From positions 199,805-263,804 of the forward strand of contig CAYVEK010000002.1 of assembly GCA_964450605.1 (NCBI GenBank): DNA of 64,000 bases, read 5' to 3'. How positions within the stretch are numbered: the stretch's first letter is position 1; each line of letters opens with the position of its first letter. Both the position numbers and the translations under genes were made by a program. This document shows, piece after piece, positions 37,679 to 47,274 of the stretch. Source of the stretch: an uncultured Candidatus Saccharibacteria bacterium (lineage in GTDB: Bacteria > Patescibacteriota > Minisyncoccia > Phycocordibacterales > CAIZLB01). Under the pieces are notes generated by a model. That model was not told the DNA's origin, did no database searches, and saw only the letters and a program-made list of their open reading frames with translations.

Positions 37679-38200
37679 TTATCCAAACCAATGCTCTATC
37701 TCCCTCTCCGCCTCTTCCACACTCGCTGAGGCATGTATAAGGTTTCGTATAGACCTATCCTCCTCTTTAGCGATCTGATACGAATCAATCACAAAATCTC
37801 CTCGTATAGTTCCAACATCAGACATTAGAGGTTCTGTTCCACCTATGAGTTTTCGAACCATACGAACCGCATGCGGACCTTCCCATATCATAGGGATAAC
37901 AGGGCCCATAGTCATGTATCTTGTTAATCGACGAAGAACATCATTCGCTATCTCTATAGGATCAGAGCTTGGTGGAGTTAATCCTTTCTCTATATATCCA
38001 GCAATAGTCTTTTCGCCAACAGCCAGTTTCCACCCAGCATCGAGTGTGTAGTGTTGCTCTATATGCTCACCTGTTGGATTGACCAGCCTCATATCTATAA
38101 GCTTAAGACCTACTCGTTCAAAGCGAGATATGATCTCACCGATAAGTCCTCGCTCAACGGCATCTGGTTTTATGATGACAAGCGTTCGTTCAGAAAACAT
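37679..38200 (-). CDS. ndk: Nucleoside-diphosphate kinase
   Basis: ERTLVIIKPDAVERGLIGEI, GTIRGDF, RNLIHAS. Confidence 0.95.
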   Translation of the reverse strand: MFSERTLVIIKPDAVERGLIGEIISRFERVGLKLIDMRLVNPTGEHIEQHYTLDAGWKLAVGEKTIAGYIEKGLTPPSSDPIEIANDVLRRLTRYMTMGPVIPMIWEGPHAVRMVRKLIGGTEPLMSDVGTIRGDFVIDSYQIAKEEDRSIRNLIHASASVEEAEREIEHWFG

Positions 38201-38204
38201 GAGG

Positions 38205-39884
38205 TTAGGCTTCACAGCTCACACATGCTTCTTTTTTCTTTCGAGCCAGAACCTGTGCAGCGTTCATACTATGCTGATAATACAAAGTCTTCACACCACT
38301 CTTCCAAGCTTCTATGTATAGTGCGTTTATATCTTTTGCTGTAGTTGTCTTTGGATTAATCATCAAGTTAAGTGACTGACCTTGATCGATATATAACTGT
38401 CGAGCGGCTGCCTGATCAATGATCGCATACTGATCAATCTCGGCAAATGTTTTAAATACACTCTTCTCTGTTTCATTTAGAAAATCAAGATGCTGTACTG
38501 AGCCATCATGATCTTTGATGCTGTCCCAGATCTCTTTAGTATTTTTACCTTTTTCTTCGAGAAGTTTTTCTAGATACTGGTTGTTAATAGTAACTTTTAT
38601 CTTCGCTACATCTTTAACATATGAGTTTGACCAGATAGGCTCTATACTCTGAGATACCTGTCCTAGGATAAATGCTGAAGATGTTGTTGGGGCAACGGCA
38701 CATAGAGTTGTATTTCTTCGTCCTTTTCCTTTGAGTACTTCTGGCTCGCCGTATTTTACTGCCATCTCTTTTGAAGCTGAATACGCTTTGTCTTGTATTG
38801 CTTTAAACAGTTGTACGTTTAGAACATCTGCTTCCTGACTCTCAAAAGGAATCATCTTACTCTGTAGATATGAGTGCCATCCAAGAACTCCAAGCCCTAG
38901 AGCCCGGTTCTCAAGAGCAAAACGATATGCTTTCTCCATAAACACAAACTCCTGTCGTCGCTCTTTATCTTCTGAATCTCTATACCCTTCAAGTTTTTGA
39001 ATAAAATCAGACATAACAGCATCAAGGAAATATGTCATGGTCTCAACAGCGTCTGTATCTTTCCATTCATCAAAATACAAAGCGTTCATGGATGACAAAC
39101 AACATACAAAAGACCATTTATCATTTGATGGAAGTGCGATCTCACTACATAGGTTACTTGCATGTATTCTGTACCCTCCCTCTTTGTACACATCAACTGT
39201 ATTATTGTTTACAGTATCTGAGAACATGATATATGGATACCCGATCTCTGTTCGTCGTTTTATAACTTTAGCCCAAATAGCTCTCTTTTCCTCATCTCCA
39301 CCGATCATATCTTCCATCCATTTATCACCAACAGTTACAGCATGAGTCATACCCTGTATAGGATGTCCCTCTGTTCCAACATCAAGAAACTCTGCGATAT
39401 CCGGATGTTCAACTGGCATATACGCAGCCATAAAACCTCTTCGTGTCGAACCCTGACTTACCACATTTGTTACACTGTCAAACAACTGCATAAAATGAAC
39501 CGGCCCTGATGAAGTACCGTTGTTTGTAATAGCGGCACCTCGTGGTCGTAGCGCTCCAAAATATGCAGATGTTCCACCTCCTTTTTTACTCATCATACCG
39601 ATCTCTGCAGTAGTATAGAGTATATCCCCCATAGTATCTCCAACATATGAACCGAAACAACTTATAGGAAGCCCTTTTGCAAGACCGAAGTTAACCCAGA
39701 CAGGTGTTGAAAGCGAATAGTAACCTTTTTCAACGTATCCATAAAACTTATCAGCGAAACCTGCGACACCAAGTATCTTTTCTGCATGTTCTGCAATAAA
39801 ACGAATACGCTCTTCTGGTGTCATACCTTTTGGTAAATAATCTTTTTCAAGGAACTTTCTACTGTTTTCGTTGAGCCATTTCAT
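38205..39884 (-). CDS. nrdA: Class I ribonucleotide reductase alpha subunit (compact, no ATP cone)
   Basis: PISCF, SNLCSEI, APTTSS, KTLYY, C-terminal CVSCE. Confidence 0.95.
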   Translation of the reverse strand: MKWLNENSRKFLEKDYLPKGMTPEERIRFIAEHAEKILGVAGFADKFYGYVEKGYYSLSTPVWVNFGLAKGLPISCFGSYVGDTMGDILYTTAEIGMMSKKGGGTSAYFGALRPRGAAITNNGTSSGPVHFMQLFDSVTNVVSQGSTRRGFMAAYMPVEHPDIAEFLDVGTEGHPIQGMTHAVTVGDKWMEDMIGGDEEKRAIWAKVIKRRTEIGYPYIMFSDTVNNNTVDVYKEGGYRIHASNLCSEIALPSNDKWSFVCCLSSMNALYFDEWKDTDAVETMTYFLDAVMSDFIQKLEGYRDSEDKERRQEFVFMEKAYRFALENRALGLGVLGWHSYLQSKMIPFESQEADVLNVQLFKAIQDKAYSASKEMAVKYGEPEVLKGKGRRNTTLCAVAPTTSSAFILGQVSQSIEPIWSNSYVKDVAKIKVTINNQYLEKLLEEKGKNTKEIWDSIKDHDGSVQHLDFLNETEKSVFKTFAEIDQYAIIDQAAARQLYIDQGQSLNLMINPKTTTAKDINALYIEAWKSGVKTLYYQHSMNAAQVLARKKKEACVSCEA

Positions 39885-39926
39885 ATGTTTGCGGTTTTTA
39901 TTTAATGTTTAAGGTTTATTAATAAT

Positions 39927-41216
39927 CTAGAACAAGTCGGCACTGGTGATACTTCCTGCTCTTTTGTTGTAGTTAACTGATCGTTTAACAAAGAAGTCGC
40001 CATGTTTTGTTGTTTTTATCTCATCGTCGAACCATTCTGTCTTTGCAAGTTTTGCTTCATCTATCGGGAATAGTTTGTTATAGCCAAGTGATACAAGAGA
40101 TCTGTTGAATCGGTTTTTAACAAACTCCTTGACCTGATCCTTTGGCATAAAGTCGAGTTCCCCTTTTTCAAATATCCAATCAATGATGGACTCTTCTGCC
40201 TCATATGCTTTTTGACAGAGATTGATAATAGAATCTTCATACTCCTTATCAAACCAGTCTGGGTTTTCTTCTTTTATGATCTTAAGCAGATCGATACCAA
40301 ACTCTCCGTGTATATTTTCCTCTTTTGATGTAGCTTCGATAACGTTTGACATACCTTTGAACAAAGTCTTGTGCTTGTTGAAAGACATGATAATCAGGAA
40401 CTGAGAAAACAAAGAGACGTGCTCTATGAATAGAGAGAATAACATCAACGTTTTTGAATAATCTCTTTGTGTTTCTGTACCTGCATATGAAAGAGCTTTC
40501 TCAACATAATTTACTCGGTTCATAATAGCTGGTATAGTCTTAACTTTTTCAAACTCTTCATTCAAACCAAGTATCTCGAGTAGGTGTGCGTACGCGTTAG
40601 CGTGTCGAACCTCACTCTCAGCAAAGGTTGCACCTACTGCACCTACTTCTGGCTTAGGTATCTTGTTGTATACATTGCTCCAAAAAGTCTTAACTGATAC
40701 TTCGACCTGAGCGATCGCAAGCATGGCGTTTTTTATAGCACTTCTCTCAACCTCAGTCACACTGGCTTTATAGTCATGTATATCTCCGGTGAAGTTGAAC
40801 TCTGTGTGAAGCCAGTATGAGTGTTGTATACCCTCAACATAATCCATAAGCTCTGGGTACTCATATGGTTTTAGGGCAAGACGCTTCTTGAAAATGTCTC
40901 GCTTTCGGAGCTCGGCTCGCTTTTCTCGATAGAGGATATAAGCCTTTGCTGTTGTAAACAGACCAGAACGCATAAGCATAATCTCTACGGTATCTTGAAT
41001 AGTCTCTACTGACGGAACAAAAGATCCGTCTATGTTTTTAGACTCAAGATGACTCATAACTTTTTCTGCAACATCCTCAGCTATACCTGGTTTATACTCA
41101 CCTGTTTCCTTAAGAGCTTTCTCTACAGCTACGACAACCTTATCACTAGTAAAATCAACAATAGATTTATCTCTTTTTAGAACAAAACTTATTTTTTGAT
41201 TTTTATTTTTTGTCAT
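39927..41216 (-). CDS. nrdB: Ribonucleotide reductase beta subunit with an N-terminal ATP cone
   Basis: VLKRD...VETIQDTVE..LM...AKAYILYREKR ATP cone; ESEVRH, IEHVSLF, SKEENIH, GDFF. Confidence 0.93.
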   Translation of the reverse strand: MTKNKNQKISFVLKRDKSIVDFTSDKVVVAVEKALKETGEYKPGIAEDVAEKVMSHLESKNIDGSFVPSVETIQDTVEIMLMRSGLFTTAKAYILYREKRAELRKRDIFKKRLALKPYEYPELMDYVEGIQHSYWLHTEFNFTGDIHDYKASVTEVERSAIKNAMLAIAQVEVSVKTFWSNVYNKIPKPEVGAVGATFAESEVRHANAYAHLLEILGLNEEFEKVKTIPAIMNRVNYVEKALSYAGTETQRDYSKTLMLFSLFIEHVSLFSQFLIIMSFNKHKTLFKGMSNVIEATSKEENIHGEFGIDLLKIIKEENPDWFDKEYEDSIINLCQKAYEAEESIIDWIFEKGELDFMPKDQVKEFVKNRFNRSLVSLGYNKLFPIDEAKLAKTEWFDDEIKTTKHGDFFVKRSVNYNKRAGSITSADLF

Positions 41217-41489
41217 ATGTATCTATTATGATACCACTAATTTATAATGAACGAACTTGTAAAAACTGTTTTTAGAGCAAAAATACATTTTTTGAAACGG
41301 AGCATCATATAACGCAACACCTTCATCAAAATAAGCATATTATTCGATACCTCTAAATAATCAGTCCTTAGTCAACTTGACCCCTAACGCTACATGTGAT
41401 CAAACATCAGAATCCACTATAATTTTTGGGATAATTCTAACGCCTAAGCAACCCTCGCAACCAACCTCACGTCGACCTTAATGAGGATT

Positions 41490-42056
41490 TTAATATTTTC
41501 TAATAATTCCTTTTACAACTGCACCTATTTGAAATGATTCTTCTGGGTATATGAGATTATATTTTTTGTTGGCAGGCTCTAGATATACTTGATTACCCTT
41601 CTTTCTAAAATACTTCATAGTCCAACCTCCATCTACTTCAGCTATAACTATATCTCCTGGTTTTGCATCACTTCTTTTTTCAGCTATAACATAATCACCC
41701 TCACGAATGGACGCCTCTATCATAGAGTCGCCTTTAACTTCCAAAATATATGTATTATCTTTATGTGGAATTAGATAGTCTTCTATACTGATAGTATCCA
41801 GCAGTGACTCTTCAGCAACAGAAGGCATACCCGCTTCCACCAAACCCAAGAAAGGCACTTCATCATACAAAGACAAAGGAGTAAGCTTACCTCTTGAATC
41901 TTTCGACAATATCCTCGCTTCAACCAGCTTATTGATCAGTTTATATACAGCATTTTTTGATTTAAAACCTGTCATATCCATGATCTCGGCATATCCTGGC
42001 ATGCGACGATATTTTTGATAGAAAGATAATATTTTGTTTTTATATTCTTGAAACAT
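41490..42056 (-). CDS. lexA: LexA repressor (S24)
   Basis: N-terminal wHTH; VEAGMP cleavage site, VKGDSM, TMK. Confidence 0.92.
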   Translation of the reverse strand: MFQEYKNKILSFYQKYRRMPGYAEIMDMTGFKSKNAVYKLINKLVEARILSKDSRGKLTPLSLYDEVPFLGLVEAGMPSVAEESLLDTISIEDYLIPHKDNTYILEVKGDSMIEASIREGDYVIAEKRSDAKPGDIVIAEVDGGWTMKYFRKKGNQVYLEPANKKYNLIYPEESFQIGAVVKGIIRKY

Positions 42057-42067
42057 GTTTGGCTTTA

Positions 42068-42277
42068 TTATAATAGAAATGAAGTCATCATGTGTGCCGT
42101 TTTCTGGAACCAGTTTGTTCTATCTTTTCGTATAGCCTGAGTTAGATGTCGAAGCAGGAACTTATGTCGTCTTGCCTCTCGAACATATGACTGCCCTTTG
42201 ATAATCTTAAGATCGATAACCTCGTTTAGTCTGTCGATCTCGGCGTGGATGGTATTAATTAATTTATTGTTACTCAT
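42068..42277 (-). CDS. Small hypothetical protein co-transcribed with lexA
   Basis: 69 aa, basic and helical; 11 bp upstream of lexA. Confidence 0.75.
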   Translation of the reverse strand: MSNNKLINTIHAEIDRLNEVIDLKIIKGQSYVREARRHKFLLRHLTQAIRKDRTNWFQKTAHMMTSFLL

Positions 42278-42316
42278 ATATTTTAATTAATGTTTGATTA
42301 ATGTTGATATATAGTA

Positions 42317-42345
42317 AGTATAGTGAACTACGGTTCACCTGTCAA
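42317..42345 (-). promoter_or_regulatory. lexA operon promoter with a putative LexA box in the spacer
   Basis: TTGACA-ggtgaaccgtagttcac(17)-TATACT; palindrome GTGAAC-N4-GTTCAC at 42323-42338. Confidence 0.85.
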
Positions 42346-42421
42346 AATATTTTTTGTATTGCGATTGTGGATAGCGTCTTTGTCAACTAAACACGATAGA
42401 TAAACTATCTAGTTGCAAAAT

Positions 42422-44167
42422 TTACATCTCTTCCACTACTCTTATTCCAAGAATATACAACCCTTTTTCGAGTATATCTTTTGTTGATTCACATAACGCT
42501 ACCACTTTTTTATTAACAACAAATACACCATCATCCCCCTGATTTAATATCTTTGTATGTGCATAAAATGCGTTAAACTTTGATGCAACATCTATCAAGT
42601 ATTGTGCAATGTGTTGTGGAGCCATCTCATCTATAGCCTGAAGACACACATGGTCAAAACGAGCCAGTGTTCTTTGTAGCAACAAAGCTTCACCACTTAG
42701 CTTTTCTTCCGTTTCTTTTTTGTTTGTCTCAGCTGTAACTTTTCTCAATAATGAATGTATACGTACGACTGCATATTGTATATATGGACCACTATCCCCT
42801 TCAAGAGCCAAGGCTTTTTCTTTATCAAAGATAATATCTTTTCTAAAGTTTTGTTTAAGAATAGTAAACTTAATAGCAGCAACTGCAATGGCTTCAGCTA
42901 TACCCCTCTTCTTAGACTCATCTATAGGTCTATCTTTCATCTTCAAAAGAGAAGCCTCTGTCATCTCCTCAACCAACTCATCTCCAGCAACTATTTTACC
43001 TGTTCGAGAACTCATCTTTTGTCCAACAAGTTTCATCATGCCATGACCGATGTGGTATGACCTCTCACCTGCCTCTTTCATAATCTGTGATATCGCAGTT
43101 TTTGTAACTTTAAAAACTTCGTCCTGCTCATTTGCAGTAACAACATAACTTCTATCATAATTCCATGTATCCCATTTCATCTTTACCAAGCCAACCTCTT
43201 TACCTTCATATGTTGGAAGTCCTTGTTTGTTTATAAATACACGAGTATGTAGTCCAAAATCTTCGCCTTTAAATATACGTGCCCCACCATCACCCTCAAC
43301 AAAAACTTCGGAATGTTGTTTTACAATCTCTGCACCTATAGGACCACTTTGACTCTCAAAGAAATATTGATCGAACTCAGTTCCAAGTATTTTGTATAAT
43401 TCTTCAAACTTTTCTAACGACCACTCTCTTCCCTGATCATATACTGTGTTTATCTCAGCATCACTTCGATCGTACACTTGTTTGTTTATAGATTCTATTT
43501 CAGATATAGCATTTTTATATGTCTCACTTTCAACACCCTCTGTTTCTTCGACGGCTTTAAGTTTCTGATTGCCGGCAACATAGGCACAACCTAGATGTTT
43601 TACTTTGTCAGTCAGAGATATCTTTTCATCATCAGGCCAAGCCTCTGAGAGGAACTGTAACCCCCATATAGTAACAGCGATATGTCTACCAACATCACCT
43701 TGATATGAGCATCGTTTAACATCGGCACCAGTAAGTTCTGTGATACGTGCAAACGCTTCACCTATGGTGTTAGACATGAGGTGTCCGATATGGAACTCTT
43801 TCATTGGATTTGGATCTGTGTAATCAAAGATGATCTTCTTACCTGAAAATGTTGGATGTTCTATGGTCTGTGGAATCTCTACTGGTACATCTAGTGTAAT
43901 CCAAAAATTTACATATCCTCCCGCAACCTCTATTTTATTGAAAATATTTTTATCTAACTTTTCTTCTAAATATCTTTGTAACTCTATGGCTATGGCTATA
44001 GGATTTTTATCGAGTACTTTAGTTGAGGCAAAAGGAAGGTTTGTATACAGATCTCCTTTTGTAATATCTTTAGTTAAAGCAACTTCAAAAGAAACAGTTT
44101 GGTCTATACCCTGTTCTTTTAAAAAGCTTTTGCATGCATCCTCGATAAGGAGAGCGGTAGATAACAT
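42422..44167 (-). CDS. argS: Arginine--tRNA ligase
   Basis: DPNPMKEFHIGH, KMSSRTG, GDSGPYIQYA. Confidence 0.96.
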   Translation of the reverse strand: MLSTALLIEDACKSFLKEQGIDQTVSFEVALTKDITKGDLYTNLPFASTKVLDKNPIAIAIELQRYLEEKLDKNIFNKIEVAGGYVNFWITLDVPVEIPQTIEHPTFSGKKIIFDYTDPNPMKEFHIGHLMSNTIGEAFARITELTGADVKRCSYQGDVGRHIAVTIWGLQFLSEAWPDDEKISLTDKVKHLGCAYVAGNQKLKAVEETEGVESETYKNAISEIESINKQVYDRSDAEINTVYDQGREWSLEKFEELYKILGTEFDQYFFESQSGPIGAEIVKQHSEVFVEGDGGARIFKGEDFGLHTRVFINKQGLPTYEGKEVGLVKMKWDTWNYDRSYVVTANEQDEVFKVTKTAISQIMKEAGERSYHIGHGMMKLVGQKMSSRTGKIVAGDELVEEMTEASLLKMKDRPIDESKKRGIAEAIAVAAIKFTILKQNFRKDIIFDKEKALALEGDSGPYIQYAVVRIHSLLRKVTAETNKKETEEKLSGEALLLQRTLARFDHVCLQAIDEMAPQHIAQYLIDVASKFNAFYAHTKILNQGDDGVFVVNKKVVALCESTKDILEKGLYILGIRVVEEM

Positions 44168-44188
44168 GCTTTGAATATATAGTATTTT

Positions 44189-45919
44189 CTAATATTTTAC
44201 CAGCTCACACGCAGCAGTATTCAGAGCGTCCCGAGTCGGTTTAAATACATTTCCCGTAGCAGGAATCTTTGGCGCACGCTTCTTCTGAAAATCAGCTACG
44301 GCCTTTTTAGTTTTTTTACCATACACACCATCCTCTTTAAGTTTTGCTTGTATCGTTCTATTTAAAATATCTTGCAGTTTTTTAACTTCTTCTTTGTTGT
44401 TTTTGCCTCCAGTGTAAATATTTTTGCTTAGAATAGGTTGACACACTCCGCCCGCTCTTATTGTGTTTGGCTTATTATCAGTGTTCTTGATTCTTGTAGT
44501 GTCAGAAACATTATAAATACCCCCAGTTGAAATATAATCACCTCCCGAAGAAGATCCTCCGACTGCAGAATAATTACTTGGAAGAACTGTTACCTGCTGA
44601 CTTACACGTACTTCTTGTGGCGGTTTATATATTATAGTTAAACCATTAACTGTAAGAGTTGTTCCTGCATCTTGGGCTATATATACACGGGTGTATGTTC
44701 CTGGGATAAGTGGATCAAAAGTTCCTGAAACAGCCGGAACAAGTACTCCGTCCTTGCCATCTATAACCGTTACGGTTGGATCTGTATATGCACTACCAGC
44801 TGTCATTGTTAGATTGTTTTGTCCTGCAAATATCAGTACAGGTGGAGTATCCGTGACTGATATCGTAGGATTTCTATCACTTCCTGCGGTATTACAAAAA
44901 TCAGATGTAAATGGAACCGCAGGATCTCCAACACCAGAACCAGACTGTCCAACCGTTCCGTTTGTTCCACATGGAGGCCAATATGCGTTTATAATTCCAG
45001 AAATTATTTTTGAGTTTACTATCGTAACAGATCCCGGGTTTGTCCCATTGGCAGGTGCAGCACCTGCTTCACCTGGAGAACCTTTCTCACCCAAAGTCCC
45101 TGTTCCATTACCACCATTTCCTCCATTACCACCATTGCCTGGGTAACCTGAAGTTGCCTCAACATAGCCCACGACTGTTGAAGTAGATATCGTCACATTT
45201 CCTCCAAATGAAGCAGCGCCTCCTTGTCCTCCAGCGCCTCCTTGTCCTCCATTACCATCAGTATTTCCTCCATTACCCCCAACACCTCCATTTCCGCCAT
45301 TTCCTCCATTACCACCTTTTGATGATACGTATCCTGTTACATAGACACTTTGAAGTTGGATAGATGCACCATTTGCACCATCACACCCAGCCTGGCCCGC
45401 ACCACCAGAACCTCCCTGGCCCGCTAAGTTATTTCCAAATCCTGGATCACCTTGCCAACCATCGGACCCTGCAGTACACAATCCACCGTTTGATCCACCA
45501 GTACCAGCAGCGCCACCATCACCTGATCCACCATTATCTATCGATGCATTTCCTGTTCCTCCAGCCGTACCATTACCACCATTTGCACCATCAAGACCTC
45601 GAGCAGTCACATTTCCTTCGACACGACCATTTTTGATAATAAAGTTTCGCGCATTTCTAAAACCAAGTGTTGATGAACCATTTCCAGATACATTTCCAAA
45701 AACAGTTTTTGAGTTTAGGTCGATAGTAATACCTGGAGCTGTAACATAAAGACATGTATTTGTAGAACCACTTGTTCCAAGATCATTTGATACAAGATAT
45801 GTCTCCGATGATGTGTTTAAAACACCACAGTTTGATATAACAGTTAAAGCCGAAGTTTTTTGAGGCAAAATAAAACACAATAGCGCAACAAACGACAGAG
45901 ATGATAGAAACCTTTTCAT
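44189..45919 (-). CDS. Secreted Gly-rich (GGxGG) protein with Ig-like and C-terminal PG-binding domains
   Basis: Sec signal; GGNGGNGG repeats; YTDPTVTVIDGKDG; EVKKLQDILN...DGVYGKKTKKAVADFQ. Confidence 0.85.
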   Translation of the reverse strand: MKRFLSSLSFVALLCFILPQKTSALTVISNCGVLNTSSETYLVSNDLGTSGSTNTCLYVTAPGITIDLNSKTVFGNVSGNGSSTLGFRNARNFIIKNGRVEGNVTARGLDGANGGNGTAGGTGNASIDNGGSGDGGAAGTGGSNGGLCTAGSDGWQGDPGFGNNLAGQGGSGGAGQAGCDGANGASIQLQSVYVTGYVSSKGGNGGNGGNGGVGGNGGNTDGNGGQGGAGGQGGAASFGGNVTISTSTVVGYVEATSGYPGNGGNGGNGGNGTGTLGEKGSPGEAGAAPANGTNPGSVTIVNSKIISGIINAYWPPCGTNGTVGQSGSGVGDPAVPFTSDFCNTAGSDRNPTISVTDTPPVLIFAGQNNLTMTAGSAYTDPTVTVIDGKDGVLVPAVSGTFDPLIPGTYTRVYIAQDAGTTLTVNGLTIIYKPPQEVRVSQQVTVLPSNYSAVGGSSSGGDYISTGGIYNVSDTTRIKNTDNKPNTIRAGGVCQPILSKNIYTGGKNNKEEVKKLQDILNRTIQAKLKEDGVYGKKTKKAVADFQKKRAPKIPATGNVFKPTRDALNTAACELVKY

Positions 45920-45939
45920 ACTTTGATTATACACCATAA

Positions 45940-45971
45940 AAACAAAAAACGCCGTGGAGCGTTTTTTGTTT
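45940..45971 (-). terminator. Terminator after rplK
   Basis: AAACAAAAAACGC-CGTGGA-GCGTTTTTTGTTT. Confidence 0.8.
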
Positions 45972-45987
45972 GGTTTTTATATAAAAC

Positions 45988-46413
45988 TTATGCAACCACT
46001 TCTACTCCAAGAGATTTACATGTTCCTTCGATCATTTTGATAGCACCTGCAAGATCAACTGCATTCATGTCTACCATTTTCTTTGCAGCGATTTCCTCAA
46101 CTTGCTTTCGAGTAATCTTACCAACCTTCTTTGAGTTTGGAGTTCCTGAACCTGTCTCTAGTCCAATAGCCTTCTTTACCATCTCGGCTGCTGGAGGCAT
46201 CTTCATGATGAAGTCGAAAGATCGATCTTCATACACTGAGATAACTACAGGAATAGTGTTTCCAGCCATCTGAGCTGTAGCATCGTTGAACTTTTTAACA
46301 AAGTCAGCAATGTTAACACCTGCAGGACCTAGGGCTGTACCAATAGGTGGTGCTGGAGTCGCTTTTGCAGCCGCGATCTGGAGCTTTATGATTTTTGTTA
46401 CTTTTTTAGCCAT
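45988..46413 (-). CDS. rplK: 50S ribosomal protein L11
   Basis: [12 protein letters not shown]...FNDAT...IEGTCKSLG. Confidence 0.97.
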   Translation of the reverse strand: MAKKVTKIIKLQIAAAKATPAPPIGTALGPAGVNIADFVKKFNDATAQMAGNTIPVVISVYEDRSFDFIMKMPPAAEMVKKAIGLETGSGTPNSKKVGKITRKQVEEIAAKKMVDMNAVDLAGAIKMIEGTCKSLGVEVVA

Positions 46414-46440
46414 AGTGTTTAATTACTTCGTGATAATAAC

Positions 46441-46983
46441 TTATTTTTTCTTAACTTGCAAGAAGTCTAGCTCGACCGGTGTTTCTCGACCAAACATAGA
46501 AACAAGGACTCGTAGCTTACCTTTTTCTTGATCAATCTCCGCAACTTTCCCATCCAAATCCTTGAAAGGACCGTCGACAATATTAATATAATCACCTACC
46601 GCGACATCAAGAGTATGAATAACATGCTGACCTTTCATTCGAGAGAAAATCTCTTCAAGCTCTGCCTCTGAAACCGGTACTGGGATAGTTCCCGCTCCCA
46701 CAAAACCTGTAACTCGAGGAGTGTTTCGGATAGCATACCAAGTCTCTTCTGTCACTATCATATCTACAAGCACGTATCCAGGATATATCTTTACATCTTC
46801 CTCAACTCGCTTACCATTTTTTATCTTTATAACTTTTTCAGTTGGAACCATTACATTGAAGATCTTATCTTCCAATCCCAATGACTCTATTCTTTGCTTA
46901 AGGTTTCGAACAACGGCATTTTCGTATCCAGAATATGTTTGGATAGTATACCAGTTTCGGCCTCGTAATTCTTGTTTAGCCAT
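46441..46983 (-). CDS. nusG: Transcription factor NusG
   Basis: YSGYE, YPGYVLV, TPRVTGFVG, MFGRETPVEL. Confidence 0.97.
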   Translation of the reverse strand: MAKQELRGRNWYTIQTYSGYENAVVRNLKQRIESLGLEDKIFNVMVPTEKVIKIKNGKRVEEDVKIYPGYVLVDMIVTEETWYAIRNTPRVTGFVGAGTIPVPVSEAELEEIFSRMKGQHVIHTLDVAVGDYINIVDGPFKDLDGKVAEIDQEKGKLRVLVSMFGRETPVELDFLQVKKK

Positions 46984-47001
46984 AATTTATATTTTTAATA
47001 A

Positions 47002-47181
47002 TTAACTAATAAGCCAAGCTAGGATTTTACTAAAGAGAACATCAAGACCTCCTAGGTATATACCTACAGCGATAGATAGAACAACTATCGCGATAGTATA
47101 TTTTATAGTTTGTTTCTTTGATGGCCACTTTATAAAAGCAACTTCTCCTTTTGCCTCTTTGATGTGGGATATGAATGACAT
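47002..47181 (-). CDS. secE: Preprotein translocase subunit SecE (59 aa, not in ORF track)
   Basis: MSFISHIKEAKGEVAFIKWPSKKQTIKYTIAIVVLSIAVGIYLGGLDVLFSKILAWLIS, directly upstream of nusG. Confidence 0.92.
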   Translation of the reverse strand: MSFISHIKEAKGEVAFIKWPSKKQTIKYTIAIVVLSIAVGIYLGGLDVLFSKILAWLIS

Positions 47182-47217
47182 AGTTATATGGTAGTGTTAT
47201 TTTTTAAACTTTTCAAA

Positions 47218-47247
47218 TTTAAAACACTCCGGAAAGAGTGTTTTAAA
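47218..47247. terminator. Inverted repeat, probable terminator
   Basis: TTTAAAACACTC-CGGAAA-GAGTGTTTTAAA. Confidence 0.7.
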
Positions 47248-47274
47248 CAGTGTCCTTACTATACACTAAACCGA

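Noticed and set aside
41380-41435. Possible NrdR boxes upstream of nrdB
   Set aside because: Only weak partial matches to the consensus; not supportable by eye.
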